Shown: positions 30,581 to 43,896, counted from the first letter of the stretch. The stretch is DNA of 64,000 bases from an uncultured Actinomycetota bacterium (GCA_963817825.1 CAWFQG010000028.1:3354-67353); one strand, 5' to 3'. The notes: a model not told the origin generated them from the letters alone. Translations and numbers: made by a program.

Positions 30581-32490
30581 CACAGTTGCACCGCCAGGAA
30601 CACCGCGACGACCAGCACCGCGCCCGCGAGCATGGACAGCGCGTAGGAGCGGGCGAACCCGGTCTGCAGACCGCGTAGGCCGTCCGATACCCGACCGACG
30701 ACTGCGGCCAATCCGCTTCCGGCGCCGTCGATGCCCTTGTCGTCGAACCAGACCAGGTCCTTGGTCAGGACTTGGCCTGGCTTCATGAGCAACTCCTCGT
30801 TGATCGCATCGCCGTAAAGGTCTCTGCGCGCGGCCACGGTCAGCGCCGACACGTCTTCGGGCGCGGTATCGGGCACCGTGCGCTGCGCGTACATGCGGTA
30901 GGCGATGACGATGCCGACGGCGACCACAGACAGCACGATGACGGTGACGACCCAGGCGGGCAGCGCGTGATGTTCTTCGTGCGTGCCGACGACCGGTTCC
31001 AGCCAGTGGTCCAGCGTGCCGTTGATGGCCAGTGCGCCACCGGATACCACGGAGCCGACGGCCAGCAGGATCATCGGCCATGTCATCACGCCCGGTGACT
31101 CGTGCGGGTGGGGCTCTACTGTTTCTCCCGTCGCTGCGCTCGCCGAGGGTTTCCACCGCCGCTCGCCGAAGAATGTCATCAGCATGACGCGGGTCATGTA
31201 GTACGCGGTGATGCCTGCACCGAGGATCGTCGCGAGGCCCAGCACGATGCCCTTGGCTCCGCCCGCCCCGAGCGCGGCCTCGATGATGCCGTCCTTCGAG
31301 AAGAAGCCCGCCAGCGGCGGTATGCCGATGATCGCGAGGTAGCCGAGCCCGAAGGTGGCGAACGTGATCGGCAGCAGCGTGCGCAGGCCGCCGTAGTGGC
31401 GCATGTTCACTTCATCGTCCATCGCGTGCATCACCGAGCCTGCGCCGAGGAACAGGCCGGCTTTGAAGAAGCCGTGGGTCAGCAGGTGCATGATCGCGAC
31501 CGCATACCCGGCGGGTCCGAGGCCCGCGGCGAGCACCATGTAGCCGATCTGGCTCATGGTGGACGCGGCGAGCGCCTTCTTGATGTCGTCCTTGGCGCAA
31601 CCGATGATCGCGCCGAACAGCAGGGTCACCGCGCCGACGATGACGACACCCAGCTGGGCACCGGGAGCGAGGTTGAACAGCGGGCCCGACCGAACGATCA
31701 GGTAGACACCCGCGGTGACCATCGTCGCCGCGTGAATCAGCGCAGACACCGGGGTGGGGCCCTCCATAGCGTCGCCGAGCCAGGACTGCAGCGGCACCTG
31801 TGCCGACTTACCGCAGGCGGCGAGTAGTAGAAGCAGCCCGATGGCGTTGAGCGTGCCCTGGCCCAGCTGCGGCGCGGCGGCGAAGACACCTTCGAACGAG
31901 ATCGAACCGATGTAGGCGAACATCACCATCTGCGCGATGGCGAGGCCGATGTCACCGACACGGTTGACCACGAACGCCTTCTTGGCCGCGGTGGCCGCCG
32001 ACGGCTTGTGCTGCCAGAACCCGATCAGCAAGTAGGACGCCAGGCCGACGCCTTCCCATCCGACGTAAAGGCCGAGGTAGTTGTCGGCGAGTACGAGCAG
32101 CAGCATGGCGGCGAGGAAAAGGTTCAGAAACGCGAAAAACCTGCGGCGCTCGGGATCTTCGGCCATGTAGCCGACCGAGTAGATGTGGATGAGCGAGCCG
32201 ACGCCGGTGATCAGCAGGACGAAGCACATCGACAGCTGGTCGAGCTGAAGGCCGAAGTCGACGTGCAGCGCACCGACCGGCACCCACGAGAACAACTTCT
32301 CGTGGATCAACCGCTGCTCTCCGGTCTGGCCGAGCATGTGGGCGAACAACATCGCCCCGACGGCGAACGACGCGAGCGAGGTGGCACAGCCAAGCAGGTG
32401 CCCCCACGGGTTGGAGCGCTGCCCGGACAGCAGCAGTATCGCCGCGCCGGCCAGGGGCAGGGCGATCAGGAGCCAAACCGGAATCGTCAT
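30577..32490 (-). CDS. nuoL: NADH-quinone oxidoreductase subunit L
   Basis: [38 protein letters not shown]. Confidence 0.97.
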   Translation of the reverse strand: MTIPVWLLIALPLAGAAILLLSGQRSNPWGHLLGCATSLASFAVGAMLFAHMLGQTGEQRLIHEKLFSWVPVGALHVDFGLQLDQLSMCFVLLITGVGSLIHIYSVGYMAEDPERRRFFAFLNLFLAAMLLLVLADNYLGLYVGWEGVGLASYLLIGFWQHKPSAATAAKKAFVVNRVGDIGLAIAQMVMFAYIGSISFEGVFAAAPQLGQGTLNAIGLLLLLAACGKSAQVPLQSWLGDAMEGPTPVSALIHAATMVTAGVYLIVRSGPLFNLAPGAQLGVVIVGAVTLLFGAIIGCAKDDIKKALAASTMSQIGYMVLAAGLGPAGYAVAIMHLLTHGFFKAGLFLGAGSVMHAMDDEVNMRHYGGLRTLLPITFATFGLGYLAIIGIPPLAGFFSKDGIIEAALGAGGAKGIVLGLATILGAGITAYYMTRVMLMTFFGERRWKPSASAATGETVEPHPHESPGVMTWPMILLAVGSVVSGGALAINGTLDHWLEPVVGTHEEHHALPAWVVTVIVLSVVAVGIVIAYRMYAQRTVPDTAPEDVSALTVAARRDLYGDAINEELLMKPGQVLTKDLVWFDDKGIDGAGSGLAAVVGRVSDGLRGLQTGFARSYALSMLAGAVLVVAVFLAVQLW

Positions 32491-32497
32491 CGCGGCC

Positions 32498-32797
32498 CTA
32501 GTTTTTCAGCAGGCTGGCGTCGTCGACCGAGGTCGACCGCCGGGTGCGGAAGATGGTCATGATGATGGCCAGGCCGACCACCACCTCACAGGCCGCGACC
32601 ACCATGGTGAAGAACGCCACCACCTGGCCGTCGAGGTGCCCGTGCATACGGGAGAACGCCACGAAGGCCAGGTTCGCCGCGTTCAGCATCAGCTCGACGC
32701 ACATGAACATCACGATGGCGTTGCGGCGCAACAGGACTCCTGACGCGCCGATCGTGAACAACAGTGCGGACAGATACAGATAGTTATCGGGGTTCAT
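32498..32797 (-). CDS. nuoK: NADH-quinone oxidoreductase subunit K
   Basis: [22 protein letters not shown]. Confidence 0.97.
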   Translation of the reverse strand: MNPDNYLYLSALLFTIGASGVLLRRNAIVMFMCVELMLNAANLAFVAFSRMHGHLDGQVVAFFTMVVAACEVVVGLAIIMTIFRTRRSTSVDDASLLKN

Positions 32798-33491
32798 CCA
32801 CGCTCCGTCGTTGCAGGATCGCGCTGACCGACAGCTCGGAGCCCGAACCGTCCGGCAGACGCGCCTCGATATCCACGGCGTTGTGCCGGGCGAACACGCC
32901 GGGTGCTGGCAGCGGCGTCGGGTGCCCGCCGGGCCGGAACCGTTCCTCGGCCAGTTCACGCTGAGTCTTGGCGTGCTCGAACCGCTCCCGATGCGCCAGC
33001 ACCATGGCGCCGAGAGCGGCGGTGATCAACAGCGCGCCGGTCAACTCGAACGCCCACAGGTAGCGGGTGAAGATCAGCGCCGCCAAACCTTCCACGTTCA
33101 TGTTGGCGTTGGCCTCCGGCAGCCCCTTGAATCCGCCCACCGACACGTTGCCGATGCCCGCGACCAGCAGCACGCCGAAGCCGACGCCGGAGATGATCGC
33201 CGCATAGCGTTGGCCGCGAATGGTTTCCACGAGCGACTCCGACAGGTCAACGCCGATCAGCATCATCACGAACAGGAATAGCATCATCACCGCGCCGGTG
33301 TAGACGACCACCTGAACGACGCCGAGGAACAGCGCCTCCTGCGCGATGTAGAGCACGGCGAGCGAGATCATCGTGGTGGCAAGGAATATCGCCGAATACA
33401 CGGCCTTCCGCGCGGCCACCACCCCGATCGCCCCGAGCAGCGCGATGGCGCCGACCACCCAGAAGACGACCGCCTCCGCCGTCGACGTCAT
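32784..33491 (-). CDS. nuoJ: NADH-quinone oxidoreductase subunit J
   Basis: [24 protein letters not shown]. Confidence 0.95.
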   Translation of the reverse strand: MTSTAEAVVFWVVGAIALLGAIGVVAARKAVYSAIFLATTMISLAVLYIAQEALFLGVVQVVVYTGAVMMLFLFVMMLIGVDLSESLVETIRGQRYAAIISGVGFGVLLVAGIGNVSVGGFKGLPEANANMNVEGLAALIFTRYLWAFELTGALLITAALGAMVLAHRERFEHAKTQRELAEERFRPGGHPTPLPAPGVFARHNAVDIEARLPDGSGSELSVSAILQRRSVDEPR

Positions 33492-34012
33492 TGGATGTCC
33501 TCGGTGATGGGTTTGATGTTGCCCAGGTAGTAGTCCTCGTCGGTGCTGCCGTGTTGCATCGCGTGCGGCGGCGCCTCCATGCCGGGCTGCATCGGCGCGA
33601 GCAGCTTGTCCTTGCCCCAGATCAGGTCGGCGCGATTGTCGTCGGCCATCTCGTAGTCGTTGATCATGGTCAGCGCGCGGGTGGGGCAGGCCTCGATGCA
33701 CAGCCCGCAGCCGATGCACCGCAGATAGTTGATCTGGTACACCCGGCCGTAGCGCTCGCCGGGTGAGAACCGTTCGTCCTCCGTGTTGTTGTCACCCTCG
33801 ACGTAGATCGCGTCGGCGGGGCAGGCCCATGCGCACAGCTCACAGCCGATGCACTTCTCCAGCCCGTCGGGGTAGCGGTTCAGCTGGTGCCTGCCGTGGT
33901 AGCGCTTGGCCACCGGCCCGGGCTTCTCCGGATACTCCTCGGTGATCGGCTTCTTGAACATGGTCCCGAAGGTGACCGCGAAGCCTGCGATGGCGTCGAG
34001 GAACTTAGGCAT
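33488..34012 (-). CDS. nuoI: NADH-quinone oxidoreductase subunit I
   Basis: Two 4Fe-4S motifs [12 protein letters not shown] and [12 protein letters not shown]. Confidence 0.97.
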   Translation of the reverse strand: MPKFLDAIAGFAVTFGTMFKKPITEEYPEKPGPVAKRYHGRHQLNRYPDGLEKCIGCELCAWACPADAIYVEGDNNTEDERFSPGERYGRVYQINYLRCIGCGLCIEACPTRALTMINDYEMADDNRADLIWGKDKLLAPMQPGMEAPPHAMQHGSTDEDYYLGNIKPITEDIQ

Positions 34013-35225
34013 CAGCTCTCTCCTTTGCCGTGGGTAACGGCGGTACCGGGAATGCGTTGGCATCTATGGCCTGCTCCGGGATCTTTCGAACGGTTCTGGC
34101 TCGCAAAGCCCGCCACAGCGCCAGGGCGACAAGGAGCGCCAACACGGTGCCGACGGTGATGAGGGCGGTGGCCCATGCGGTGTAGCCGTGCGTGCGCAGG
34201 CTGTGTGTGGTGGCCACGATCGCGATCCATACCAGCGAAACCGGGATGAGGATCTTCCACCCGAGGCTCATGAACTGGTCGTAGCGCAGCCGCGGCAGGC
34301 TGGCTCGTAGCCAGAAGTAGACGAACAGGAACGCCCACACCTTGGCGGTGAACCACAGCAGCGGCCACCAGCCGGTGTTGGCGCCGTCCCATATGCTGAT
34401 CGGCCATGGGGCGTGCCAGCCGCCGAGGAACATCGTGGTGGCCAGCGCCGAAACGGTGGTCATGTTGACGTATTCGGCGAGCATGAACATCGCGAACTTC
34501 AGCGACGAGTACTCGGTGTGGAAGCCGCCGACCAGTTCGCCCTCGGCCTCGGGCAAATCGAATGGGGCGCGGTTGGTTTCGCCGACCATCGACGTCGCGT
34601 ACACCAGAAACGACGGCAGCAGCAGGAACACGAACCAGATGCGGTCCTGGGCGGCCACGATGCCCGAGGTGGACATGGTGCCCGCGTAGAGGAACACCGC
34701 GGCGAATGACAGTGCCATGGCGATCTCGTAGGAGATCACCTGCGCGGACGACCGCAGCCCGCCGAGCAGGGGATAGGTGGAGCCCGACGCCCAACCGGCC
34801 AGCACGATGCCGTACACCCCGATCGAGGTGACGGCGAGGATGTAGAGCACCGCGACCGCCAGGTCGGTCAGTTGCAACGGGGTGTGGTGACCGAATACCG
34901 AGACCACCGGACCCATGGGGATGACGGCGAACGCCATGAATGCCGGGACGGTCGAGATGATCGGCGCGAGCAGGTAGATGGGCTTGTCCACGCCTGTCGG
35001 GATGAGGCCTTCCTTCAGGCCGAGCTTGATGCCGTCGACCAGTGACTGCAGCAGCCCTTTGGGGCCAACCCGGTTGGGGCCGAAGCGCATCTGCATGCGG
35101 CCAAGCAACTTTCGCTCGATCAGGATGGCCGCCAGCACGGTCAGCAGGAGGAACACGAAGATGCCGAGCGCCTTGACCAGGATCAGCCAGATCGGATCGT
35201 GCCCGAACGCCGAGAGGTCAGTCAT
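34005..35225 (-). CDS. nuoH: NADH-quinone oxidoreductase subunit H
   Basis: [41 protein letters not shown]. Confidence 0.97.
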   Translation of the reverse strand: MTDLSAFGHDPIWLILVKALGIFVFLLLTVLAAILIERKLLGRMQMRFGPNRVGPKGLLQSLVDGIKLGLKEGLIPTGVDKPIYLLAPIISTVPAFMAFAVIPMGPVVSVFGHHTPLQLTDLAVAVLYILAVTSIGVYGIVLAGWASGSTYPLLGGLRSSAQVISYEIAMALSFAAVFLYAGTMSTSGIVAAQDRIWFVFLLLPSFLVYATSMVGETNRAPFDLPEAEGELVGGFHTEYSSLKFAMFMLAEYVNMTTVSALATTMFLGGWHAPWPISIWDGANTGWWPLLWFTAKVWAFLFVYFWLRASLPRLRYDQFMSLGWKILIPVSLVWIAIVATTHSLRTHGYTAWATALITVGTVLALLVALALWRALRARTVRKIPEQAIDANAFPVPPLPTAKERADA

Positions 35226-37612
35226 TGTTCAGCCCGCCCGATCGAGACCACGGCACCCGTGGTCACACCCAGTTGTTCATTGACCGCGGACCCAGGTGAG
35301 TTCAGCGGTAGCCACACCACTCGGTCGTCCATGTCGGTGACCTCGAGAGGCAACGTGATCTCACCGCGCGCCGTGGCGACGGTGATCGAATCTCCTTTGG
35401 CGGCGCCGATTTCGGCCGCTGTGGCTGCAGACAGCCGGGCAACGGGCGCGTGGGCGGTTCCGGCGAGGGAGGGCTCGCCGTCCTGTAGCCGCCCGGCATC
35501 CAGCAGCATCCGCCAGCCGGTCAGCACCGCCTCGCCCTTGCCGGGCTGGACGGTGTTGGCCGCAGCGACGTCCGGCGCGCTCGGCCGCGTGCCACCCCAC
35601 CAGCCGAGCCGGGCCAGTTCCTCGCCCGCCGCCGCCGCGTTGGGGAGACCGAGGTCGATGCCGATCTCGTCGGCGAGCGTGTACAGCACCCGCAGGTCGG
35701 GCGCCGCGTTAGTCGGCAGCGCAGGCTCGAATGGGCGAATCCGGCCTTCCCAGTTGACGAATGAGCCCGCCTTCTCGACCACGGGCGCGACCGGGAAGAC
35801 CACGTCGGCGAGGTCGGTGACCGCGCTTTCCCGCAGCTCCAGGCTGACGACGAAGGGCACCGCCTCGATGGCCGCCAGTGCGGCGTCGGGTTCGGGCAGG
35901 TCGGCGGCTTCGACACCACCGATCAGCAGCGCGCCCAGCTCGCCACCGGCCGCCGCGGCGAGAATGCCTGCGGTGTCACGGCCTTCGGCGTCGGGCAGGT
36001 CGGACATGTGCCACGCTGCGGCGGTCTGCTCCCGCGCGGTGCCGTCGGCGACCGGCCTGCCGCCGGGCAGCAGGTTGGGCAGCGCGCCCACCTCGAGTGC
36101 CCCGCGGTCTCCCGCGCGTCGGGGCACCCAGCCCAGCCGCGCGCCTGTCGCCGCCGCCAGTCTGTTTGCCGCGGAGAGCGCTCCCGGCGATGTCGCAAGC
36201 CGCTCACCGACCAGGATGACGGCGCCCGGTTGGTTGAGCAGCGTCTCTTCGGCAAGGCCATCGAGCGCTGCCGCTTCACCGCCCGGCGCGCTGCGGATGA
36301 GCTTGCCGGACATCTTGGTCAGGCCGCGGGTGGCGAACGGCGCGATGGAGAGCACCTGCACACCGTTCTTGCGGGCGGCCTTACGCAGCCGCAGGAAGAC
36401 GATGGGGGACTCCTCCTCCGGCTCGAAGCCGGCCAGCAGTACCGCGGGTGCCTTCTCCAGGTCGGCGTACGTGACCGCCATCGGCTGGCCCGCGACGTTC
36501 GACGCAAGGAACTCCGCCTCTTCCACGCTGTGCGGGCGGATCCGGAAGTCGATGTCGTTGGTGCCCAACACCATCCGGGCGAACTTCGAGTATGCGTAGG
36601 CGTCCTCGACGGTGCTCCTGCCGCCGACCAGCACCCCGGCACGTCCCGCCGCGGCCGCCAGCCCGGTCGCCGCGACGCGCAGCGCTTCCGCCCAAGACGC
36701 GGGCCGCAGTTTGCCATCCTCTTCCCGGATCTGTGGCGTGGTGATGCGGTCGCCGACCGTGGCGTAGTTGAACGCCCAGCGGCCCTTGTCGCAGTTCCAC
36801 TCCTCGTTGACCTCGGGGTCGTCGCCCGCCAACCGGCGCAACACTTTTCCACGCCGGTGGTCGGTGCGCTGGGCGCATCCGGACGCGCAGTGCTCGCATG
36901 CGCTTGGGCTCGACACCAGGTCGAAGGGCCGCGCCCGGAACCGATAGGCCGTGTTGGTCAACGCGCCGACCGGGCAGATCTGCACGGTGTTACCCGAGAA
37001 ATACGACGAGAACGGCTCACCGGGCGCGATGCCGACCTGCTGCAGGGCACCGCGCTCCAGCAGCTCGATGAACGGGTCACCTGCGATCTGCTGGGAGAAG
37101 CGGGTGCATCGCGCGCACAGCACACACCGCTCGCGGTCCAGTAGCACTTCTGCGGAGATCGGAATCGGTTTGGGGAACGTGCGTTTGACGTCTTCGAACC
37201 GGGTCTCCGCGCGGCCGTTCGACATGGCCTGGTTCTGCAGCGGGCACTCGCCGCCCTTGTCGCATACCGGGCAGTCGAGTGGGTGGTTGATCAGCAGCAG
37301 CTCCATCACACCCTGCTGGGCCTTGTCGGCGTCCTCGGACGTGAACTGCGTGCGGACCACCATGTCGGGGGTACATGTGATGGTGCATGACGCCATCGGC
37401 TTGCGCTGGCCCTCCACCTCGACCAGGCACTGCCTGCAGGCGCCCACCGGATCCAGAAGCGGATGATCGCAGAACCGCGGGATCTGGACGCCCATCAGTT
37501 CTGCCGCGCGAATCACCAAGGTGCCCTTGGGCACACTGATCGGCACGTCATCGATGGTCAGATTCACCATCTCCACTGCAGTCGCATCCTGCGTCGGTTC
37601 GGTCACCGTCAT
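35222..37612 (-). CDS. nuoG: NADH-quinone oxidoreductase subunit G
   Basis: PRFCDH...[35 protein letters not shown]. Confidence 0.97.
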   Translation of the reverse strand: MTVTEPTQDATAVEMVNLTIDDVPISVPKGTLVIRAAELMGVQIPRFCDHPLLDPVGACRQCLVEVEGQRKPMASCTITCTPDMVVRTQFTSEDADKAQQGVMELLLINHPLDCPVCDKGGECPLQNQAMSNGRAETRFEDVKRTFPKPIPISAEVLLDRERCVLCARCTRFSQQIAGDPFIELLERGALQQVGIAPGEPFSSYFSGNTVQICPVGALTNTAYRFRARPFDLVSSPSACEHCASGCAQRTDHRRGKVLRRLAGDDPEVNEEWNCDKGRWAFNYATVGDRITTPQIREEDGKLRPASWAEALRVAATGLAAAAGRAGVLVGGRSTVEDAYAYSKFARMVLGTNDIDFRIRPHSVEEAEFLASNVAGQPMAVTYADLEKAPAVLLAGFEPEEESPIVFLRLRKAARKNGVQVLSIAPFATRGLTKMSGKLIRSAPGGEAAALDGLAEETLLNQPGAVILVGERLATSPGALSAANRLAAATGARLGWVPRRAGDRGALEVGALPNLLPGGRPVADGTAREQTAAAWHMSDLPDAEGRDTAGILAAAAGGELGALLIGGVEAADLPEPDAALAAIEAVPFVVSLELRESAVTDLADVVFPVAPVVEKAGSFVNWEGRIRPFEPALPTNAAPDLRVLYTLADEIGIDLGLPNAAAAGEELARLGWWGGTRPSAPDVAAANTVQPGKGEAVLTGWRMLLDAGRLQDGEPSLAGTAHAPVARLSAATAAEIGAAKGDSITVATARGEITLPLEVTDMDDRVVWLPLNSPGSAVNEQLGVTTGAVVSIGRAEQ

Positions 37613-38937
37613 CAGGCACCCACCCCCTCGGTCGCCATCAATGTCGAGGCGTGCGGATCGAACGGGCAGCCACCGTCCAGGTGCTCGACGTACTCGTCGC
37701 GGAAGAACTTGATGGACGACAGGATCGGGCTCGCCGCGCCATCGCCCAAGGCGCAGAACGACTTCCCGAAGATGATGTCGGAGATGTCCAGCAGCTTCTG
37801 GATGTCCTCTTCGGTGCCGCGCCCGGTTTCGAGCCGCTCGTAGATCTGGCTCAGCCAGTACGTGCCCTCGCGGCACGGCGTGCACTTGCCGCACGACTCG
37901 TGCGCGTAGAACTCGGTCCAGCGCCGCACCGCGCGCACGACGCAGGTGGTCTCGTCGAAGATCTGCAGTGCCTTCGTACCGAGCATCGAGCCGACTCCGG
38001 CCATGCCCTCGTAATCCAGTGGCACGTCGAGGTGTTCGTCGGTCAGCAGCGGGGTGGACGAGCCGCCCGGCGTCCAGAACTTCAGCGAATGATCGGCCCG
38101 GATCCCGCCGGCATACTCGAGGAGCTCGCGCAGCGTAATGCCCAGCGGCGCCTCGTACTGGCCGGGATTCGTCACATGCCCAGACAGCGAGTACAGCGTG
38201 AAGCCGCGTGACTTGTCCGTACCCATCGACCGGAACCAATCGATCCCGTTGAGCATGATCGGTGGCACGCTCGCGATGGATTCCACGTTGTTGACCACCG
38301 TGGGGCAGGCATACAAGCCGGCCACCGCTGGGAACGGTGGGCGCAGTCGGGGCTGACCGCGCCTGCCCTCGAGGGAGTCAAGCAGTGCAGTCTCCTCGCC
38401 GCAGATGTAGGCGCCCGCGCCCGCGTGCACGATCAACTCGAGGTCGAAGCCCGAACCCTTGATGTCAGTGCCCAGATAGCCGGCCTCGTAGGCCTCGGCG
38501 ACCGCGGCCTGCAGCCGCCGCAGCACCGGGATCACCTCACCGCGCACGTAGATGAAGGCGTGGTGCGCCCGGATCGCGTACGCAGCGATGATCGCACCCT
38601 CCACCAGGAAGTGCGGCGTCGTCAGCATCAACGGAATGTCTTTGCACGTACCGGGTTCCGACTCGTCGGCGTTGATCACAAGATAGTGCGGCTTGGCGCC
38701 GGCGCCGGTGTCCTCCTGGGGGATGAAGGACCACTTGGTGCCGGTCGGGAAGCCCGCGCCGCCGCGGCCGCGCAGGCCGGAGTCCTTGATCATTGCGATG
38801 ACGTCGTCGGGACCCATCGCCAGCGCCTTGTCCAGCGCGCGGTACCCGTCGTGGCGGCGGTAGGTGTCCATCGACCAGGGTTCGGGATCATCCCAGTACC
38901 GGCTGAACACGGGTGTCAGAGGAGTAGCAGGTGCCAT
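37612..38937 (-). CDS. nuoF: NADH-quinone oxidoreductase subunit F
   Basis: [42 protein letters not shown]. Confidence 0.97.
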   Translation of the reverse strand: MAPATPLTPVFSRYWDDPEPWSMDTYRRHDGYRALDKALAMGPDDVIAMIKDSGLRGRGGAGFPTGTKWSFIPQEDTGAGAKPHYLVINADESEPGTCKDIPLMLTTPHFLVEGAIIAAYAIRAHHAFIYVRGEVIPVLRRLQAAVAEAYEAGYLGTDIKGSGFDLELIVHAGAGAYICGEETALLDSLEGRRGQPRLRPPFPAVAGLYACPTVVNNVESIASVPPIMLNGIDWFRSMGTDKSRGFTLYSLSGHVTNPGQYEAPLGITLRELLEYAGGIRADHSLKFWTPGGSSTPLLTDEHLDVPLDYEGMAGVGSMLGTKALQIFDETTCVVRAVRRWTEFYAHESCGKCTPCREGTYWLSQIYERLETGRGTEEDIQKLLDISDIIFGKSFCALGDGAASPILSSIKFFRDEYVEHLDGGCPFDPHASTLMATEGVGA

Positions 38938-38938
38938 A

Positions 38939-39838
38939 TCAGTCGCGTGAATCCGTTTTGTTCGGGTCGGTTTCGGGGGTGGCTGCTTCAGCAGGAACGG
39001 TCGCGGACGGTGCGGGCGCCGGTTCGTCCTTGGTGGTTTCGACGGCCTCGGGTTTGGTGCCGTCGTCCTTCGGCGGCCTCGTCGTCCTGTCGTCGCCGTT
39101 CGGCGGCGGTGGCGCTTCCATGCCGAGTTCGCGCGCGACGCGCAGCCCGGCCAGTGTCGCTGTGGGCACCTGGCCGTCGGCCGTGACCGGGCGATCGTCG
39201 TGCAGACCCGCGAGTATGCGTTCGGTCTCGCGGAAGGTGCACAGCGGCGCACCACGGCTGGGAACCACGGACTCACCCGCACGCAGCGAGTCGACAAGAT
39301 CCCTTGCGGTGGAAGGGGTTTGGTTGTCGAAGAACTCCCAGTTGACCATGACGACCGGCGCGTAGTCGCAGGCGGCGTTGCACTCGACGTGCTCAAGGGT
39401 GACGCGGCCGTCGTCGGTGGTCTGGCCCGCGTGGATGCCCAGGTGGTCCTGCAGCGAATCGAGGATGGCGTCGCCGCCCATGATCGCGCAAAGGGTGTTC
39501 GTGCAGACGCCGACCAGGTATTCGCCGGTGGGGCTGCGCCGATACATCGAGTAGAAGGTGGCGACCGCCGTCACCTCGGCGTCGGTCAGGTCGAGCTGGG
39601 CCGCGCAGAATGCGATGCCCGCCTTGGTCAGGTAGCCGTCCTCCGACTGCACCAGGTGCAGCAGTGGCAGCAGAGCCGACCGCGAGCGCGGATACCTGGC
39701 CATGATGTCCTTGGCGGTGGTCGCCAGCCGGGCGGTCACGTCGGCCGGGTAGGCCGAGGTGCCGCCGATCGGTGGACCGGCCTCGTCGGGGCGCTGGCCC
39801 AGCTCGATGAACACCGGCGAACCGTTGGGCGTCGTCAT
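38939..39838 (-). CDS. nuoE: NADH-quinone oxidoreductase subunit E (with P/E/T/D-rich C-terminal tail)
   Basis: CTNTLC and CNAAC 2Fe-2S ligands. Confidence 0.95.
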   Translation of the reverse strand: MTTPNGSPVFIELGQRPDEAGPPIGGTSAYPADVTARLATTAKDIMARYPRSRSALLPLLHLVQSEDGYLTKAGIAFCAAQLDLTDAEVTAVATFYSMYRRSPTGEYLVGVCTNTLCAIMGGDAILDSLQDHLGIHAGQTTDDGRVTLEHVECNAACDYAPVVMVNWEFFDNQTPSTARDLVDSLRAGESVVPSRGAPLCTFRETERILAGLHDDRPVTADGQVPTATLAGLRVARELGMEAPPPPNGDDRTTRPPKDDGTKPEAVETTKDEPAPAPSATVPAEAATPETDPNKTDSRD

Positions 39839-41169
39839 CTGTCAACACCGCCCATTACCGGGTCGATAGACGCGACCGCGGAGATGGCGTCGGCGACCAT
39901 GCCGCCTTCACACATGGCGGCCACGGCCTGCAAGTTCGTGAACGATGGGTCGCGGTAGTGCGCGCGGTAGGGCCGGGTGCCGCCGTCGGAGACCATGTGC
40001 ACGCCGAGCTCGCCGCGCGGCGACTCCACCGCCACGTAGACCTGTCCCGGTGGCACCCGGATGCCCTCGGTGACGAGTTTGAAGTGGTGGATCAGGCCCT
40101 CCATCGAACGGCCCATGATCTTCGCGATGTGCTCCGGTGAGTTGCCGAGCCCGTCGGGCCCCAGTTTCAGGTCGGCGGGCCAGGCAAGCTTCTTGTCCTG
40201 GATGATCACGGGTTCGCCGGCCAGCCGCTCGAGCCGCTCGACGCACTGCTCGATGATCTTCAGCGCTTCGTGCATCTCCTTGACCCTGATCAGGTAACGG
40301 CCGTAGGCGTCGCATCCGTCGTCGGTGATGACGTCGAAGTCGTAGGTCTCGTAGCCGCAGTACGGCTGCGACTTGCGCAGATCGTGGGGCAGCCCGGTGG
40401 AGCGCAGACACGGGCCGGTGATGCCGAGCGCCATGCATCCGGCCAGGTCCAGGTAGCCGATGCCCTGGGTGCGGGCCTTCCAGATGTAGTTCTCGGTGAG
40501 AAGGTCCTCGAGGTCCTTCAACCGCTTCGGCATCAGCTTGAGCATGTCGCGGATCTGCGGGAGGGCTTCGTCCGGCAGGTCCATCGCGACGCCACCCGGC
40601 CGGATGTAGGCGTTGTTCATCCTCAGCCCGGTGATCGTCTCGAAGATCGACAGAATCTGCTCGCGCTCCCGGAATCCGTAGAACATCGCGCCCATGGAGC
40701 CCAGCTCCATCCCAGCGGTGGCAAGCGCCACCAGATGCGACGAGATGCGGTTCATCTCCATCATCATCACGCGGATGACGTTGGCGCGTTCAGGGATGTC
40801 GTCGGTGACATCGAGCAGTTTCTCGACGCCGAGGCAGTACACGGTTTCGTTGAAAAGCGGTGAGAGGTAATCCATTCGGGTCACGAACGTGACGCCCTGG
40901 GTCCAGGTGCGGTACTCCAGGTTCTTCTCGATGCCGGTGTGCAGGTATCCGATGCCGCAGCGGGCCTCGGTGATCGTCTCGCCCTCGATCTCCAGGATCA
41001 GCCGCAACACCCCGTGCGTCGACGGGTGCTGCGGGCCCATGTTGACGACGATCCGTTCGCCGGCCTGCGCCTGGGCGGCAGCCGTGACCACTTCGTCCCA
41101 GTCCTCACCGCCGACCACGACGACGGTGTCGGTTCCCCCGCTGTCCGGCGGGGTTGATGGCGTGCTCAT
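39835..41169 (-). CDS. nuoD: NADH-quinone oxidoreductase subunit D
   Basis: [32 protein letters not shown]. Confidence 0.97.
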   Translation of the reverse strand: MSTPSTPPDSGGTDTVVVVGGEDWDEVVTAAAQAQAGERIVVNMGPQHPSTHGVLRLILEIEGETITEARCGIGYLHTGIEKNLEYRTWTQGVTFVTRMDYLSPLFNETVYCLGVEKLLDVTDDIPERANVIRVMMMEMNRISSHLVALATAGMELGSMGAMFYGFREREQILSIFETITGLRMNNAYIRPGGVAMDLPDEALPQIRDMLKLMPKRLKDLEDLLTENYIWKARTQGIGYLDLAGCMALGITGPCLRSTGLPHDLRKSQPYCGYETYDFDVITDDGCDAYGRYLIRVKEMHEALKIIEQCVERLERLAGEPVIIQDKKLAWPADLKLGPDGLGNSPEHIAKIMGRSMEGLIHHFKLVTEGIRVPPGQVYVAVESPRGELGVHMVSDGGTRPYRAHYRDPSFTNLQAVAAMCEGGMVADAISAVASIDPVMGGVDR

Positions 41170-41855
41170 CAGTTGTATGACCTCCGCTCGTCGGGCGGTG
41201 GGATCTCGGCGCCGTGGTACTCCACGGGGATCCCGCCCAACGGGTAGTCCTTGCGCTGCGGGTGCCCCACCCAGTCATCGGGCATTTCGATGCGGGTCAG
41301 GGCGGGGTGGCCGTCGAAGATGATCCCGAAGAAGTCGTAGGTCTCCCGCTCGTGCCAGTCGGTGGTCGGGTAGACGGTGAACAGCGACGGGATGTGCGGG
41401 TCGGCGTCCGGTGCGGCGGCCTCGACCTGGATGCGCCGGTTGTGAGTGATGGACATCAGCGGATACACGGCGTGCAGTTCGCGGTCGGTGTCCTGCGGGT
41501 AGTGCACGCCGCTGACGCCAAGGCACAGCTCGAAGCGCAGGCCGGGGTCGTCCCGCAGCGTCTGCATGACCGCGGGCAGATGCTCGCGCCGCACCTCCAG
41601 CGTCAGCTGGTCGCGGAACACCACCACCCGCTCGACCGCCGCCAGGTATGCCTCTTCGCCGAGTGAGGCGGTCAGCGCGTCGACGACCTCGTCGAAGTAA
41701 CCGCCGTAGGGCCGCGGCGAGCTGGCGGGCATCGCCACCTCGCGGACCAGTCGCCCGTATCCAGAGGTGTCGCCGCTGCCCGTCGGGCCGAACATGCCGC
41801 GGCGCACGCCGACGACTTCCTGTTCGCTCTTGCTGTTGGTGTCGCTGTCCGTCAC
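41169..41855 (-). CDS. nuoC: NADH-quinone oxidoreductase subunit C
   Basis: [22 protein letters not shown]. Confidence 0.97.
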   Translation of the reverse strand: MTDSDTNSKSEQEVVGVRRGMFGPTGSGDTSGYGRLVREVAMPASSPRPYGGYFDEVVDALTASLGEEAYLAAVERVVVFRDQLTLEVRREHLPAVMQTLRDDPGLRFELCLGVSGVHYPQDTDRELHAVYPLMSITHNRRIQVEAAAPDADPHIPSLFTVYPTTDWHERETYDFFGIIFDGHPALTRIEMPDDWVGHPQRKDYPLGGIPVEYHGAEIPPPDERRSYN

Positions 41856-42406
41856 CGCAACAGACCCTTCAACTCGATCGTCGGCGTGACCGCGAGCGCC
41901 GCCTTTTCGGCTTCGCGGACAGCCTCCTCACGGTTGACGCCCAGCGGCATCTCCTGGATCTTGTCGTGCAGCTTCAGGATCGCGTGCAGCAGCATCTCCG
42001 GCCGCGGCGGGCATCCGGGCAGGTAGATGTCGACGGGAACGACGTGGTCAACGCCCTGGACGATGGCGTAGTTGTTGAACATCCCGCCCGACGAGGCGCA
42101 CACGCCCATCGCCAGCACCCACTTGGGCTCGGCCATCTGGTCGTAGACCTGCCGCAGCACCGGCGCCATCTTCTGGCTCACGCGGCCGGCCACGATCATC
42201 AGGTCGGCCTGCCGGGGCGTCGCCGAGAACCGCTCCATGCCGAATCGCGAGATGTCGAAACGCGGCCCGGCGGTCGCCATCATCTCGATGGCGCAGCAGG
42301 CCAGGCCGAACGTCGCGGGCCACAGCGAGCCCTTGCGGACGTAGCCCGCCAGCTTCTCGACGGTCGACAGCAGGATGCCGCTGGGCAGCTTTTCCTCTAG
42401 TCCCAA
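41852..42406 (-). CDS. nuoB: NADH-quinone oxidoreductase subunit B
   Basis: [25 protein letters not shown]. Confidence 0.97.
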   Translation of the reverse strand: MGLEEKLPSGILLSTVEKLAGYVRKGSLWPATFGLACCAIEMMATAGPRFDISRFGMERFSATPRQADLMIVAGRVSQKMAPVLRQVYDQMAEPKWVLAMGVCASSGGMFNNYAIVQGVDHVVPVDIYLPGCPPRPEMLLHAILKLHDKIQEMPLGVNREEAVREAEKAALAVTPTIELKGLLR

Positions 42407-42768
42407 CTCAGGCCTCCCCGCCGCCAGACATAGGCATAGGCCACGAACACCGTGGCCATGAACAAAAGCATCTCGACCAGCGCGAACACCCCGAGGCCGT
42501 CGAAGGCGACCGCCCAGGGGTAGAGGAACACGATCTCGATGTCGAAGACGATGAACAGCATCGCCGTCACGTAGTACTTCATCGGGAACCGCTGGCCGGC
42601 CGCCTGGGGATTGGCCATTTCAGGCACCGGCTCGATGCCGCACTCGTAGGCCTCCAGCTTGGCCCGGTTGAAGCGCCTCGGGCCGCCAAGTAGCGCAGCG
42701 ACTACCGAGAACACGGCAAACCCGGCGGCAATAGCGCCGAGCACCAGGATGGGCAGATACAGACTCAT
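42397..42768 (-). CDS. nuoA: NADH-quinone oxidoreductase subunit A
   Basis: [23 protein letters not shown]. Confidence 0.97.
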   Translation of the reverse strand: MSLYLPILVLGAIAAGFAVFSVVAALLGGPRRFNRAKLEAYECGIEPVPEMANPQAAGQRFPMKYYVTAMLFIVFDIEIVFLYPWAVAFDGLGVFALVEMLLFMATVFVAYAYVWRRGGLSWD

Positions 42769-42801
42769 GCGATAGTGACCGCTCCCTCGTGGGCTTTCCG
42801 A

Positions 42802-42817
42802 TGTGAGCTGACCCACA
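42802..42817. promoter_or_regulatory. CRP-type site upstream of nuoA
   Basis: TGTGA-GCTGAC-CCACA, one mismatch to TGTGA-N6-TCACA. Confidence 0.55.
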
Positions 42818-42934
42818 GCCTAGCGATGTTTCAATTGGCCGCCACAACTTGGGGTTAATATCGCATTTCGCGGCGAGCCGCCTACTTTGTTGTGCCGCGA
42901 AGAATCAACGGCGGCAGCAGAATTGGCGAAGCGG

Positions 42935-43336
42935 CTATTGCACGGGTGCCCGCAGCAGTGACACCACGGCCTCGCCCAAACGGATCGGGTCGATCGGGTG
43001 CGGAACCGCGGCTTCGGCGCGCGACCAACGTGCCAGCCAGGCGTCGTCCGGGCGCCCGGTCAGCACCAGGATCGGCGGGCAATCGTCGAGCTCGTCCTTG
43101 AGCTGCTTGGCTATTCCCATGCCGCCGAAGGGGGTGGCCTCGCCGTCGAGGATCACCAGATCGAATCCGCCCGCGTCCATCTGCTCGATCACCATCGGCG
43201 CGGTGGCCACCTCGAGATAGCTCAACTCGGGTAGGTCCGGAGACACACGCTTGCCCAGCGCCAGCTGAACCTGTTCGCGAGTCCTCGGATTGTCGCTGTA
43301 GACGAGGATCCGCAGCGGCCGAGATGAATCGGGCAT
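42935..43336 (-). CDS. Stand-alone receiver-domain protein (Rv3143-like)
   Basis: ILVYSDN, DLVILDGEA; immediately upstream of nuoA. Confidence 0.9.
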   Translation of the reverse strand: MPDSSRPLRILVYSDNPRTREQVQLALGKRVSPDLPELSYLEVATAPMVIEQMDAGGFDLVILDGEATPFGGMGIAKQLKDELDDCPPILVLTGRPDDAWLARWSRAEAAVPHPIDPIRLGEAVVSLLRAPVQ

Positions 43337-43359
43337 GTGCCAGATGCTAAACCAACCGG

Positions 43360-43896
43360 CTAAGACCCGGTGCGGCGGAACACGACGTCGCCCGAGATCG
43401 TCGCGTTGTCGCCGATCATCCCCATCATGTTGCCGTCGACCCCGAAGTCCTGGCGGTTGATGTCGGCCTGGCTGGTGATGCGCACGGCGCCGTCGTCGAG
43501 CACCGTTATCTTCGCTTTCAGGGGTACCGGCGTGGTGGTGCCCTTGACAGTGAGATCGGCTCGCAGATCGACCGTGTCGCTGCCGATTCCGTCTGTGCCG
43601 GTGATGACGACGCTGATGTCGGGGTACTTCTCGACTTCGAAGAAATCGGCTGAGCGTAGATGATTGTCACGCTTGCCGATCTTCGTGTTCAATGACGCGG
43701 CCTTGATGTCAATACGTCCGAAAATTGTTGCAGGATCGGTTATTTGACCGTCGCCGCTGAAGTCGCTGTATGTTCCCTTCACCGGGACGAGTCCCCACAT
43801 CGACTTTGCCTTGAATCCGATGGTCGATCGTTCGGGTACGAGGGTCCACACACCCACCGATTGGGCGTTGGTGAGCAGTTCTTTCAAGTTCGTCAC
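43360..43896 (-). CDS. YceI-family lipid/polyisoprenoid-binding protein
   Basis: 'KSMWGLVPVKG', 'KRDNHLRSADFFEVEKYP', 'LTVKG', 'NRQDFGV'; own GTG at 43896. Confidence 0.85.
   Translation of the reverse strand: MTNLKELLTNAQSVGVWTLVPERSTIGFKAKSMWGLVPVKGTYSDFSGDGQITDPATIFGRIDIKAASLNTKIGKRDNHLRSADFFEVEKYPDISVVITGTDGIGSDTVDLRADLTVKGTTTPVPLKAKITVLDDGAVRITSQADINRQDFGVDGNMMGMIGDNATISGDVVFRRTGS

Noticed and set aside
35222-39396. Long N-terminal extensions of nuoG and nuoF in the ORF track
   Set aside because: They overlap upstream nuo genes; starts were reassigned to 37612 and 38937
42935-43336. Atypical receiver (HP instead of KP) beside nuo as a novelty
   Set aside because: Corresponds to the already described Rv3143-type Nuo-associated orphan regulator
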